Part shown: positions 27,530 to 37,672 of the stretch, in pieces | How the letters are laid out: every line of letters starts with the position of its first letter | Position numbering within the stretch: position 1 is the stretch's first letter | From: Vulcanimicrobiales bacterium | Lineage (GTDB): Bacteria > Vulcanimicrobiota > Vulcanimicrobiia > Vulcanimicrobiales > Vulcanimicrobiaceae | DNA length: 64,000 nucleotides | Reading direction: 5' to 3' | Assembly: GCA_038231455.1 (NCBI GenBank) | Contig: JBBRLI010000011.1 | Location: 32,001 to 96,000 of the forward strand | Position numbers and translations under genes: made by a program | The notes under the pieces: generated by a model | The model's database searches: none | The model's input: only the letters and a program-made list of their open reading frames with translations | Told to the model about the DNA's origin: nothing

Positions 27530-28195
27530 GTGGCCTCCGCTCGATTCTCGCCCCAGATTCTCCTGAAGCTCATCGTCCAGCCGGTCGCGGCCCTCGATGA
27601 AATTCGCGAAAGTGCCCGCTGGGTTGAAGCCTACATCTTCACCGCCGCGTGCTCGTTCGCGGCATTCGTGCTCACGATCCCCGCCTCGAAGTATTATATG
27701 GCGACCATGCCAACAGGCGATCTGAAAAATTCCACAGTCGGGTCGGCCAATATCGCCTTTGCTGCCGTCACGATCCTCTCGTTCGTCGGGCCGCCGATCC
27801 TCTGGGTCGTGCAGGCCGCCGTTCTCCAGATCGCGGTTCGGCTCGGACGAGGCGAAACGAGCCTCCGCCGCCTCTACGCGCTCGTTGCGAATGCCGGCGT
27901 TCCGGCGAGCATCGGAGCCTTGATCGTGGGCATCGGCGTTCACGCGCAGGATCCCGCAAAATTTCACTCGGCGCTCGACCTCACACTTTCGCTGCCGATT
28001 ACGCTTGCCGCGCTCTTGCACCGCACGCCGCAGGAGGCGCTATTTTTTAGCTCCTACGGCATTTTCAACATCTGGTCGTACGTGCTCGTCGCGATCGGCC
28101 TCGTACGCGGTGCGAAGCTCTCTCCGCTGGTCGCCGCACTTACGATGCTGGCAATTAGCTTAGGCGTCGCACTTGCGCGATCGCAGTTCAGTTAG
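27530..28195 (+). CDS. Yip1 family membrane protein
   Basis: LIVQPVAALDEI N-terminus, about 5 TM segments, IFNIWSYVLVAIG motif; paralogous to the next gene. Confidence 0.75.
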   Translation: MASARFSPQILLKLIVQPVAALDEIRESARWVEAYIFTAACSFAAFVLTIPASKYYMATMPTGDLKNSTVGSANIAFAAVTILSFVGPPILWVVQAAVLQIAVRLGRGETSLRRLYALVANAGVPASIGALIVGIGVHAQDPAKFHSALDLTLSLPITLAALLHRTPQEALFFSSYGIFNIWSYVLVAIGLVRGAKLSPLVAALTMLAISLGVALARSQFS

Positions 28196-28216
28196 AAGAA
28201 CGCGTATCGCATGAAG

Positions 28217-28242
28217 TGAAACATTCCGTACCTCGCTCTGTA
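28217..28242 (+). promoter_or_regulatory. Putative ECF-sigma promoter
   Basis: TGAAAC-N16-TGTA, near the SigW-type consensus TGAAAC-N16-CGTA. Confidence 0.45.
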
Positions 28243-28280
28243 CCAACACGGCGAGCCTGCTTGGTTTAAGGAGTTACGGG

Positions 28281-29030
28281 ATGGTCTCGGAACCAATGAC
28301 TGCACCTAAGGGCAATGGTCTTACGACGGCCCTCGATATTGTTGTATCACCGGCGGATGCGTTTGCCCGCCTGCGCGTCGTCCCCACGTGGGGTTATGCG
28401 TTTCTGATCGCTGCTGTGCTCGGCATGGTTGGCGGATTTCTTGGGTCCGCCGCAAGTGAACACGCGACGATTGCGAGCATACCGGCCGCGATGGCGAAAA
28501 ATCCGGCGGCCGCGCAAATGACCCCGGAAAAACGTCAAGCCTCGATCGACGCTCAGGTCGGAATCACGAAAGCCGTTTCGAAATTCAACTTCGCGTTCGT
28601 TCCGCTGATTCTGCTTGTGAGCGCACTCCTACAGAGTGTCTATCTCTTGATCTTCAATGCGATCGTGCGCGGAGAGGGCAACTTTAAAAAGTACTGGGCG
28701 CTTGCGATCAACATTTCGATTGTCGGGATTGGCCTGGGGACGCTCGTCTTGGGCGTCATCGAATTGATCCGCGGACCGGAAGCGTTCAACTCGCAAAGCG
28801 ACTTGTTCAACGCGCTTCCAAGCCTTGCGTGGATCGTTCCCGGATCGACGGGCTTTCTTCACGGGTTTCTCGCCTCGTGCTCGGTCTTCGCATTGTGGGC
28901 AACCGGACTTTTCGCGATGGGCCTCATCGGAATGGCAAGAATTAAACCCGCCCAAGCCTATGTCGGAGCCGGACTTATGCTCGTGTTCGGCGCGGTCATC
29001 GGCGGCGTTTTTGCCAGTTTTCAAGGGTAA
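28281..29030 (+). CDS. Yip1 family membrane protein (YknW-like)
   Basis: DIVVSPADAFARL..PTW, about 5 TM segments, SVFALW..L..MG; AAGGAG SD. Confidence 0.8.
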   Translation: MVSEPMTAPKGNGLTTALDIVVSPADAFARLRVVPTWGYAFLIAAVLGMVGGFLGSAASEHATIASIPAAMAKNPAAAQMTPEKRQASIDAQVGITKAVSKFNFAFVPLILLVSALLQSVYLLIFNAIVRGEGNFKKYWALAINISIVGIGLGTLVLGVIELIRGPEAFNSQSDLFNALPSLAWIVPGSTGFLHGFLASCSVFALWATGLFAMGLIGMARIKPAQAYVGAGLMLVFGAVIGGVFASFQG

Positions 29031-29046
29031 GCGAAAGGCACCAGCG

Positions 29047-30459
29047 TTGCGTACCACTTCAATCATCGGCGGGCTCATCGCCGCCGTATTTCTCGGCGCG
29101 CCGGCGTTCGCGGCGGACCCCGGTCCGCTCGATCTGCAAGGCGCGCTGAAGTTCGCACTCAACCATAGCCAAACGATTCTTGCGAAACGCTCGACCCTCG
29201 CGAGTCTCGAATCAAACTATGCGCGTCTGCATGCCGCGGAGTTTCCAACCATCGTTGGATCGTTGCAAAATACGCTTCAGAAGAGCGCGAACACCGCCGG
29301 TGCGTTCCAGCAGTTTAACCTCTCGCAGCAAAGCGTCTTTTCGCAGAACACCGCGCAGATCGGTTCGAATTGGACGATCAATACCGGATCGTCGCAGCAA
29401 ATCAGCGCGCAGCAAGCAAAACGCCAGCAAGACGCGGCACAAGCCGACTTACATCGTTCGGAGCAGCAGCTCGCGGTCGACGTGAGCAACGGATTTTACG
29501 CGCTCGTCGCCAAGCGTGAAGCAACGCGACTCGCGCGTGCGGACCGCGCCTATCAACAAGCTTTACTCGACGTTGCACGGCAGAGTGAAAAAGTCGGCCG
29601 TGTCGCCGGTGTCGACGTCTTGCGCGCACAGGCCAACGAGCTGCGAAGCGAGTCGACGCTCGTCTCAACGACGAGCGATGAGGCGACGGCCGCCGAGACG
29701 CTCGCACAGACGATCGGCGCGCCTGCGGAGACCGCTTTTGCAATCCCGACCATCGTTCCTGAACCCGCACTCGTACAGACACCGGTCGCCCAACTCATCA
29801 CGATCGCACAGAATACGCGCCTCGATATTCTCGGCGCACGTGCGACACTCGATGCCGACCGGCTCGCCGACGGTTTGATCGAGACCGATCGCCGTCCGAT
29901 CGTTCAACTCGGCGGTTCGTTCGGCAATCAAACCTCGCCGACGACCTTCGTCTCTCAGCAGCGCAGCATCGATGCGCAGAACGCGATCAATCGTCAACTC
30001 GGTCAACCGCTACTACCGAACGTCGTGCGCGGCGGCCCGGGATTCTGGCAGCTCAACGCAACATCGTCGTTTTCGCTTCCGCTCATCGAATACGGTTCGC
30101 GCCGCGCCCAACACAACGCGGCACGTGCCGCGATCGACGCTGCGCAGTCACAGCTCGACGCAACTAAACGCAGCGTCGAGATCGACGTCCGCCAAGCGCT
30201 TCGCGCCGCGCAAACGGCATCGGCCACACTCGCGTTCGCCAAGCAGTCAGCGCAGTTCGGCGCCGAATCCGCTCGCGTCGCGCAGTTGCAATATAAAAAC
30301 GGACTGATTTCCCTCACTGATGCGACAGCCGCCGAGCAGACGTCGCTCAGTTCGCAGAACGATCTCATCAATGCCCGGATCGCGTATGTCGAGGCCGCGA
30401 TTCGTCTTCGCGTGGCCCTCGGCACGTATGACCCGCTCGTCGCCGTGGATGTGAAATAA
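29047..30459 (+). CDS. TolC family outer-membrane efflux protein
   Basis: Signal peptide (APAFA-A), two OEP-like helical repeats, FSLPL, YKNGLISLTD. Start placed at TTG 29047. Confidence 0.9.
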   Translation: MRTTSIIGGLIAAVFLGAPAFAADPGPLDLQGALKFALNHSQTILAKRSTLASLESNYARLHAAEFPTIVGSLQNTLQKSANTAGAFQQFNLSQQSVFSQNTAQIGSNWTINTGSSQQISAQQAKRQQDAAQADLHRSEQQLAVDVSNGFYALVAKREATRLARADRAYQQALLDVARQSEKVGRVAGVDVLRAQANELRSESTLVSTTSDEATAAETLAQTIGAPAETAFAIPTIVPEPALVQTPVAQLITIAQNTRLDILGARATLDADRLADGLIETDRRPIVQLGGSFGNQTSPTTFVSQQRSIDAQNAINRQLGQPLLPNVVRGGPGFWQLNATSSFSLPLIEYGSRRAQHNAARAAIDAAQSQLDATKRSVEIDVRQALRAAQTASATLAFAKQSAQFGAESARVAQLQYKNGLISLTDATAAEQTSLSSQNDLINARIAYVEAAIRLRVALGTYDPLVAVDVK

Positions 30460-30460
30460 C

Positions 30461-32023
30461 ATGAATCGCCGCCGGAATATCATCATACTCGTAGGCGCGC
30501 TCGCCGCGATCATTATCATCGCGATCGTCGCGAACGCCTCCAAACCCAAGGGCAGCGGGCTGACCGTCTCAACGCAAACCATCGTCTACACGCGCTTCAC
30601 GACCCGGCTGCCGGAGACCGGAACGCTCCAGCGTCCGCAAACGCAAACGCTCGCAGCGCTCGTCGGCGGCAATCTCGGCGCACTCTACGTCCACCCGGGC
30701 GATCACGTTACGCAAGGGCAACTCGTCGCGACGGTCGAGAACCCGCAGCTCGCCTCGTCACTATCGACAGCCCGTGACACGCTGCTCTCCGCACAAGCTC
30801 GAGTCAAGACGGTCGCCGAAACCAATGCCGCACTTCCGGCGCAGAATCGTTCCTCGATCGTGCAAGCACAAGCCGCTGTCGAGCAAGCAAAGTTCGCACT
30901 CAATCAAGCTCGGCAGGACGCACTAAACGGATCGCAATCCGGCCTCGGCTACGGCGGCTCGTCGGCCGAAGAACAGCGCCTCTCCGCGAATGCAAGTGTC
31001 GCGAACGCCGATAGCAACTTGAGCGAAGCGCAGCGAATCTATAATGCCAATAAAGACTTGTTCGCGAATAAAGCGATTTCGAAAGACCAGCTTGATTCCT
31101 CACAAGCAAGATTCGTGCAAGCGCAAGTCGCCGACAATCAAGCGCGTCGCCAGCGTGACTTTACAATCCAAAATCTCGGCCGCCAAAAACCCGTTTTGCA
31201 AGATCGCGCTCGCGCGTCCGAAGACAGCCTTCGACAAGCGCAAGCCCAACTTGCTGCGGCCCAAGCAAACGCCGCACAATCGAAATCCGGCGATCTCGAC
31301 TCGGCGCGGGCCGATGCGGCAAAGGCGCAGAGCGACTATCAGTATGCCGCAGACCAAGTGGCGCGCCTGCAAATCCACGCGCCCATCAGTGGGACGGTGC
31401 AAACGATCGCATCCCAAACCACGGATACTCTGCGGCAACTCCAACCCGGCGACTCCGTTACGGTAGGACAAGCGCTCGTGACCGTTGCGGGCGATAATGG
31501 CCTCGTGGTACGCACGAAAGTAGACGAACAGGACGTTGCCTCCATTCGCGTCGGTCAGCGCGCGAATGTAAGCGGCGAAGACCTCGGCGGCAAAACGCTA
31601 CCCGGACATATCTCGTTCATCTCCGCTGTCGCTCAAAAGAGCGACGATCCATCCAATACCGCTCGTCAAGTCATCACGACCGTGGCCCTCGACAAGACGC
31701 TCCCCTTCTTGCGCGATGGCATGACGGTCGATGTCGATATCCTCACGCGCGACATGCCGCACACGATCGCCGTTCCGAATGACGCGATTCGCAAAGAGAC
31801 GAACGGCAACGCTTCCTACGTTTTCGTTCTCTCGGGCGGTAAGGCCAAGAAAACGTCGATCAAAACCGGGCTCGCGAATGATTCGCAAACGATCGTATCG
31901 AGCGGCGTCAAGCCCGGCGATGTGATCGTCACCGAGAATAATCCGCTCGTCACCGACGGTGCGGCCGTGGCTCCCAAGCCGAAACCATCGGCCTTGCCGA
32001 AGTCTGTCGCCAGCGGTTCGTGA
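30461..32023 (+). CDS. Efflux periplasmic adaptor subunit (MacA/HlyD/YknX-like)
   Basis: N-terminal anchor, lipoyl half-motifs (VHPGDHVTQGQ; IHAPISGTV), long coiled coil, VDEQDV, LRDGMTVDV. Confidence 0.92.
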   Translation: MNRRRNIIILVGALAAIIIIAIVANASKPKGSGLTVSTQTIVYTRFTTRLPETGTLQRPQTQTLAALVGGNLGALYVHPGDHVTQGQLVATVENPQLASSLSTARDTLLSAQARVKTVAETNAALPAQNRSSIVQAQAAVEQAKFALNQARQDALNGSQSGLGYGGSSAEEQRLSANASVANADSNLSEAQRIYNANKDLFANKAISKDQLDSSQARFVQAQVADNQARRQRDFTIQNLGRQKPVLQDRARASEDSLRQAQAQLAAAQANAAQSKSGDLDSARADAAKAQSDYQYAADQVARLQIHAPISGTVQTIASQTTDTLRQLQPGDSVTVGQALVTVAGDNGLVVRTKVDEQDVASIRVGQRANVSGEDLGGKTLPGHISFISAVAQKSDDPSNTARQVITTVALDKTLPFLRDGMTVDVDILTRDMPHTIAVPNDAIRKETNGNASYVFVLSGGKAKKTSIKTGLANDSQTIVSSGVKPGDVIVTENNPLVTDGAAVAPKPKPSALPKSVASGS

Positions 32024-33213
32024 ACCGGTTTCTCGCCTACATCCGCGAGGCGTTCGAAGCGATCTGGCGCAACCGCGTCAGGTCGGGGCTCACCATGCTC
32101 GGCATGATCATCGGAACGTCCTCGATCATCGGCGTCCTTGGCGTGAGTAAAGCAATGTCGGGCGGAATTACCGGCACGCTCAATGGCTTTGGTGATGCCG
32201 GCATCGCGATTCAAGTCGACAACAACCAGGACGATCCACAGTCAGCCAGCATTCAGTATCGCGATATCGCGCTCATTCGAAGTACCGTGGGGACGAAACT
32301 CAAGCACATTGAGCCGGCCTATCAGCGACAGTACACGATCCGATTTGGTAAGCAGTCGATCGTTCCATTCACCACTTCCGGGAGCGACTATCACCCCGAT
32401 TCGCTCACCTTGCGCGAAGGCCGCCGTATTGATATCGGCGATGTGACGAGCGGTGCGCACGTTTGCCTGGTGTCCACGACCATCGCAGATAAATTTTTCC
32501 CTGCGCAATCGGCTCTAGGGCAAGTCGTGCGCGTGGGCGGGTCTCGCTTTCGCATCATTGGCGTGTATGATGCAATCAAAGGTGGGCTCTTCGCCTCGCT
32601 CGGCGGCGGCGACTTTCTTGAAATTCCTTATCCCGCGTTTCATGAAATCAGTCCCGGACCGATCGACGTGATCAATCTTTATGCCGCTGATGGTGTGAGC
32701 GTCGCGGATGTCGGCGATGCCGTAACGCGAGAACTCCAGCGCTTGCACGGGCCCAAGGCAAAATACAATACACAAGACAACAACGGGCAGATCCAAGCCT
32801 TCAATTCGGTCCTCGGCGCGATCTCGATCGGTCTCACCGCAATCGGTGGCGTGGCGCTTGTCGTCGCCGGCATTGGAATTATGAATATCATGCTCGTGTC
32901 GGTCACGGAGCGGACTCGAGAGATCGGCATCCGGAAGTCGATCGGAGCGAACCGGGGGGACATCGCCCTTCAATTCTTGCTCGAGGCTATTTTGCTCTCG
33001 CTGATCGGCGGCGGAATCGGGATGGTCATCGGGCTCGGGGTGACGTTGCTTGCATACAATGCGATCGAGAAACTGGTCGGACCGGCACCAGTGCCATATC
33101 TTTTAATCGTTACGATCGCTGTTGGATTCTCAACGCTGATCGGCACGATCTTCGGAACGTATCCGGCACTACGCGCCAGCCGGCTCGATCCGATCGTCGC
33201 ATTGCGAAGCTGA
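32020..33213 (+). CDS. MacB/FtsX-type ABC transporter permease
   Basis: RSGLTMLGMIIG; GIGIMNIMLVSVTERTREIGIRK; YPALRASRLDPIVALR. Confidence 0.94.
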   Translation: MNRFLAYIREAFEAIWRNRVRSGLTMLGMIIGTSSIIGVLGVSKAMSGGITGTLNGFGDAGIAIQVDNNQDDPQSASIQYRDIALIRSTVGTKLKHIEPAYQRQYTIRFGKQSIVPFTTSGSDYHPDSLTLREGRRIDIGDVTSGAHVCLVSTTIADKFFPAQSALGQVVRVGGSRFRIIGVYDAIKGGLFASLGGGDFLEIPYPAFHEISPGPIDVINLYAADGVSVADVGDAVTRELQRLHGPKAKYNTQDNNGQIQAFNSVLGAISIGLTAIGGVALVVAGIGIMNIMLVSVTERTREIGIRKSIGANRGDIALQFLLEAILLSLIGGGIGMVIGLGVTLLAYNAIEKLVGPAPVPYLLIVTIAVGFSTLIGTIFGTYPALRASRLDPIVALRS

Positions 33214-33216
33214 GCG

Positions 33217-34410
33217 ATGTTTCAATATATTACCGAGGCCCTCGCCGTTCTTCTTGCGAATCGAACGCGCTCGTTTCTCACCGCACTCGGTCTCATTATC
33301 GGTGTCATGGCCGTTATCTCGATTCAAGTTTTGGGTGCGGGCATGTCGGGTGCCGTCAGTGGCGTCCTCGGACAATTTAACGACCACAGCTTCATTCTCA
33401 GCGTCGCGCGGCAGCCAAATTTCATTCGCGCAACGATGAGCGTGCGCGATATCGAACGCGTGAAGGCGAACGTACCGAACGTCGTCGACGGGATGCCGGT
33501 GGGTGGTGTTCCGCGTGTCGTAACGATCGGGAAAAAATACGCCCGCTTGATTGTCGGTGGAGCCTCTGACGAGCGATTCGCTACGACCCCAATCCAGTAC
33601 GGCCGAAATTTCACGATAGACGAAATCGCGACCGGCGCAAACGTCGCAATACTCAATGACCGCGCGGAAACAAAACTCAACCCGGACGGGGCAAACCCAG
33701 TTGGACAGTCCGTGCGGATCGGGGATCGCCGGCTGGTTATCGTCGGCGTATACCAAAAACCAAAAACGGGCATCGTCCCATCGTTTGCATTTGGGGACGT
33801 GTTAATTCCGTATACGACCTACGAGCGTCAGATAGCACGCGGATTTAAATATGGTCAGGCTCAGTTTTTCATCGCCGACGCAACTCGCACCCAGGAAACC
33901 GAAGACGCAGCCACGGCGTATTTGAAGTCGCTAAAAGTTAAAGGTGTGCTCTACAGAACGACGGACCGCAAGACGCTGAGCGGAAGCATCGATAGTATTT
34001 TTGCGGTCTTGACATTGGTTGTCGCACTCATCGGTGCCGTATCGCTCGTCGTGGCCGGTATCGGCATCCTCAACATCATGCTCGTCTCGGTGGCCGAGCG
34101 GACTCGCGAAATCGGGCTCCGCAAAGCGATCGGCGCGACGCGTTTTCAAATACTCGCGCAGTTTTTCATCGAGGCGCTGCTGCTCTCGGCAATCGGTTGC
34201 GCGATTGGCCTCGTGCTTGGTTTGGGCATTGGAGGGCTCGTAAATGCCCTTCTGCTCGTGCAGATATCCGGAGTCGTCGCACCGATCCCGTGGGTACGCT
34301 CGGTTCTCATCGCTACGGGCTTTGCAACCCTCGTCACCCTTGCGTTCGGAACATATCCCGCGTATCGCGCGGCCAGCTTAGATCCCATCGAGGCACTTCG
34401 GTATGAATAG
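33217..34410 (+). CDS. MacB/FtsX-type ABC transporter permease
   Basis: [45 protein letters not shown]. Confidence 0.94.
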   Translation: MFQYITEALAVLLANRTRSFLTALGLIIGVMAVISIQVLGAGMSGAVSGVLGQFNDHSFILSVARQPNFIRATMSVRDIERVKANVPNVVDGMPVGGVPRVVTIGKKYARLIVGGASDERFATTPIQYGRNFTIDEIATGANVAILNDRAETKLNPDGANPVGQSVRIGDRRLVIVGVYQKPKTGIVPSFAFGDVLIPYTTYERQIARGFKYGQAQFFIADATRTQETEDAATAYLKSLKVKGVLYRTTDRKTLSGSIDSIFAVLTLVVALIGAVSLVVAGIGILNIMLVSVAERTREIGLRKAIGATRFQILAQFFIEALLLSAIGCAIGLVLGLGIGGLVNALLLVQISGVVAPIPWVRSVLIATGFATLVTLAFGTYPAYRAASLDPIEALRYE

Positions 34411-35119
34411 CATCTCGGCACACGCCGTTATCGATCTGAACAACGTCACGAAAACATACGCAAGCGGAGAATTGAGCGTGCAGGCACTGCGTGGCGTCAC
34501 GTTCTCAATTCAGCCGGGCGAGTATGTCGCGATCATGGGGCCGTCAGGTTCGGGTAAATCGACACTTATGAACCTGCTCGGCGCACTGGATCGTCCGACG
34601 ACGGGAACCTATAAACTCGACGGGACCGACGTTGCATCTCTGAACGACAACGAACTCGCCGGCATCCGATTGAAAAAACTCGGATTCATTTTCCAAGGCT
34701 TCAACTTGCTCGCGCGCACGTCGGCGACAAAAAACGTCGCCCTTCCGCTTTTTTACGCTGGCTTGAGTCCGAAATTGCGCAATGACGCTGCGATTGCGCG
34801 TCTTAAAGAGGTCGGCCTCGGCGATCGTCTCACGCACAAGCCAAACGAGCTCTCCGGCGGCCAGCAACAGCGCGTCGCGATAGCACGTGCGTTAGTAAAC
34901 GATCCTGCGGTGCTACTCGCAGACGAACCAACCGGTAACCTCGATACGCAAACGAGCGAAGAAATCATGGCGCTCTTCGAAAAGCTCAACGCAGCCGGGC
35001 GCACGATCATCATGGTCACACACGATGAAGACGTCGCGCACCACGCCAAACGCATCGTCCGCGTCCGCGACGGCTTAGTCGTCGCCGACGAGCTGACGAA
35101 CAAGCGCGCCGTCTCCTAA
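34403..35119 (+). CDS. ABC transporter ATP-binding protein (LolD/MacB-type)
   Basis: [39 protein letters not shown]. Confidence 0.96.
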   Translation: MNSISAHAVIDLNNVTKTYASGELSVQALRGVTFSIQPGEYVAIMGPSGSGKSTLMNLLGALDRPTTGTYKLDGTDVASLNDNELAGIRLKKLGFIFQGFNLLARTSATKNVALPLFYAGLSPKLRNDAAIARLKEVGLGDRLTHKPNELSGGQQQRVAIARALVNDPAVLLADEPTGNLDTQTSEEIMALFEKLNAAGRTIIMVTHDEDVAHHAKRIVRVRDGLVVADELTNKRAVS

Positions 35120-35203
35120 ACGGGTTTTCACGATCCAGGACGTCCCCAGCCGATTCGAGCGTATTATAGAATGATGAAGATTGGGGCAGAAGGATCACTG
35201 GGG

Positions 35204-35229
35204 TGACACTTTCGAACCGGGCTGGCGTA
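35204..35229 (+). promoter_or_regulatory. Putative ECF-sigma promoter of htrA
   Basis: TGACAC-N16-CGTA. Confidence 0.45.
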
Positions 35230-35271
35230 TTAAGCCCGTACAGCCCATTCGATTAGGAGCTTTTTCATATC

Positions 35272-36480
35272 ATGAAGTCACGCGTCTTTGGAACGGCCGT
35301 CGTCGGTCTTACGGGAGCAATCGTCGGGAGCTTCTCGATGATGCTCTATGCGAGCACCCACTTCGCCGGCGTCGCCGGTCCGGGAAACAACCCGCCGAGC
35401 GTCAGCGCGGCCCCGCTGGCCGCTGGGTCGAGCGACCAGGAACGCATCATCAACGCCGTCAAGCGCGTCGAGCCCTCGGTTGTCGCACTCAATGTCGTGC
35501 TCAACGGAACGCGCATCGTTCCGGCGGACCCGTTCTCGGCGATGTTTGGCGGCCCGAGCGCTGGCGTCCGCCAGCGCTATCAATCCAAGGCCTCCGGGTC
35601 GGGATTCATCTATTCGAAATCCGGCCTCATCGTCACGAACGCTCACGTCGTTCCGAAAGGCACGACGAGCGTCGAAGTGGTCCTTGCAAACGGCGAGAAG
35701 CGCACGGCTCACGTTTACTCCTCGGATCCTTCCGTCGACCTCGCGCTCGTCAAGGTCGACAACATCGCGAACCTCCCGCCGCCGGTCGAACTCGGCAACT
35801 CGAGCTCGCTCCAAGCGGGCCAGTGGGCAATTGCGATCGGCGAACCCTTCGAACTCAAGCAAACGGTCACGGTCGGCGTCGTTTCGGGCTTCAATCGCGA
35901 CGAACAGATCGGCGATGACCAGGGCAACCCGCGCGAATTCAAAGGCCTGCTGCAAACCAGTGCCCCGATCAACCCCGGCAATTCGGGTGGTCCCTTGATC
36001 GACATCGAAGGCCGCCTGATCGGCGTGAATCAGTCGACCGCAAATCCGCAGGCCGGCGCCCAAGGCATTGGCTTTGCGATCCCGGTCAACGCCGCGCGCA
36101 GCTCGCTTGCCGCGCTCGAAAAAACGCCCGGCGTGACCGGCATTAAAAATGTCAGCTATATCGGCTTCGTGCCCGCGCCGCTCAATACTGACGCGCGCAC
36201 GCAACTCGGTTATAGCGGCACCGGGAAAGTCGTTATCGCAACGGTCCAAGGCGGTAGCCCGGCCGACGCCGCGGGCATCCAGCCCGGCGACATCGTCCTA
36301 AAATACAATAATAAAGATGTGACCAGCGTCGAACAGCTACGCGCGATGATCAAAGCCGAAAAGCCCGGCACGAACATTGGCCTGCAAATCTTCCGCCAAG
36401 GCGCGAAGACCCTCGTTAACGTGAAGATCGGATCCGCCGACCCGCAAGATTTGCTACAAGTACAACCCCAACAGCCCTAA
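35272..36480 (+). CDS. htrA: HtrA/DegP family serine protease with one PDZ domain
   Basis: GSGFI, TNAHV, DLAL, INPGNSGGPL, GIGFAIP; PDZ (GSPADAAGIQPGD); AGGAG SD. Confidence 0.95.
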   Translation: MKSRVFGTAVVGLTGAIVGSFSMMLYASTHFAGVAGPGNNPPSVSAAPLAAGSSDQERIINAVKRVEPSVVALNVVLNGTRIVPADPFSAMFGGPSAGVRQRYQSKASGSGFIYSKSGLIVTNAHVVPKGTTSVEVVLANGEKRTAHVYSSDPSVDLALVKVDNIANLPPPVELGNSSSLQAGQWAIAIGEPFELKQTVTVGVVSGFNRDEQIGDDQGNPREFKGLLQTSAPINPGNSGGPLIDIEGRLIGVNQSTANPQAGAQGIGFAIPVNAARSSLAALEKTPGVTGIKNVSYIGFVPAPLNTDARTQLGYSGTGKVVIATVQGGSPADAAGIQPGDIVLKYNNKDVTSVEQLRAMIKAEKPGTNIGLQIFRQGAKTLVNVKIGSADPQDLLQVQPQQP

Positions 36481-36511
36481 GGCAATTAGGCCCGACACAC
36501 GAAAGCGAGCG

Positions 36512-37456
36512 TTACCGCCGAGAGGCGTGACGCTCGTTTTTTTCTGTCGAACGCAGAGCGCGTTCAACCGCCGCGCGATATGATAACGGTACGCGCGGCA
36601 GAATCATCCGAAGCGGCGTGGGATCGCCGATGCTGTCGGTCAACACGGTGTCGGCAAGACCGCGAAGCGCACCGCGGGGCAATTTTGCCGCACGTTCGAT
36701 GAAGGGTGCAAGCGATCCGAGGAGTCCACGCGGAAGATCGATCTTGATCGGAGGGCGGCGACCCATAACAGCCGCTGCCACATCAATCATTTCGTTGTTG
36801 GTCAGGACGTCGTCATTGCCGACATCGTAACACTGACCATACGTGCGCGAATCCTCGAGAGCGCCGGCGAGATAGTAGACCAAATCCCCAACGTCGATGT
36901 TGCGAAATTTTTGCCGTCCCGCACCAAAGAGATTCACGCTCACCGGTCGTTTCGCGTGGCTCACCATCGTATTGAAGCCGAATCCGCCCACGCCAACGAT
37001 TTGACCCGGTCGAATCACCGTCACGTCGAGGCCGCTTGCAAGCAAGAACTGCTCCGCCTTCCAGCGTCCGCGGATCCAGGCGCTCGGTGCATCAGGTGCG
37101 ATCCCAAGAAACGTCACGTATAGCAAGCGGCTCACGTCTTTTGACTTGCATCCTTGAACGATATTTTCTAAACCGTTCATCTCCACGTCCATGAAATCCG
37201 CACGCGCCGGACTTGCGGGTTGCGGCGAGAGCGTGTGAACCGAGATATAGGCGGCGTCGACCCCATCGAGGGCGCGCTCCATCGACGCAAAATCGGAGAT
37301 GTCGCCTTGGACGATCTCGCAGCCCTTCGCCGCTAGGTCCGTAAGTCGCGATGTATCGCGTGCCAGAGCGCGCACGAAATACCCGTTGCCGAGCAGTTCC
37401 CGGGCGAGATACCCCCCAAGAAACCCGGACGCACCAATGACAAGAATCTTCTTCAT
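36512..37456 (-). CDS. NAD(P)-binding atypical SDR (NmrA/epimerase-like)
   Basis: ILVIGASGFLG Rossmann motif; start placed at MKKILV. Confidence 0.88.
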   Translation of the reverse strand: MKKILVIGASGFLGGYLARELLGNGYFVRALARDTSRLTDLAAKGCEIVQGDISDFASMERALDGVDAAYISVHTLSPQPASPARADFMDVEMNGLENIVQGCKSKDVSRLLYVTFLGIAPDAPSAWIRGRWKAEQFLLASGLDVTVIRPGQIVGVGGFGFNTMVSHAKRPVSVNLFGAGRQKFRNIDVGDLVYYLAGALEDSRTYGQCYDVGNDDVLTNNEMIDVAAAVMGRRPPIKIDLPRGLLGSLAPFIERAAKLPRGALRGLADTVLTDSIGDPTPLRMILPRVPLSYRAAVERALRSTEKNERHASRR

Positions 37457-37672
37457 TCTGCGCAACATACACGGCAACGCTGGAGCAATCTATAAGCGAT
37501 CGTCTGAAAAATCTTCGCGATCGTTTCGAACTCGCTCCGCAACCAAAAGTGCCGAAACGTCCTCGGACGATCGAGCAAAAAACACAGACGCCGACGCATA
37601 GATCGCTTGCCGAATATCTTTTATCCTCGTGAAAGTTCGTCGCAGATGCGGCAGAGAGCATGAGGGGAATCG

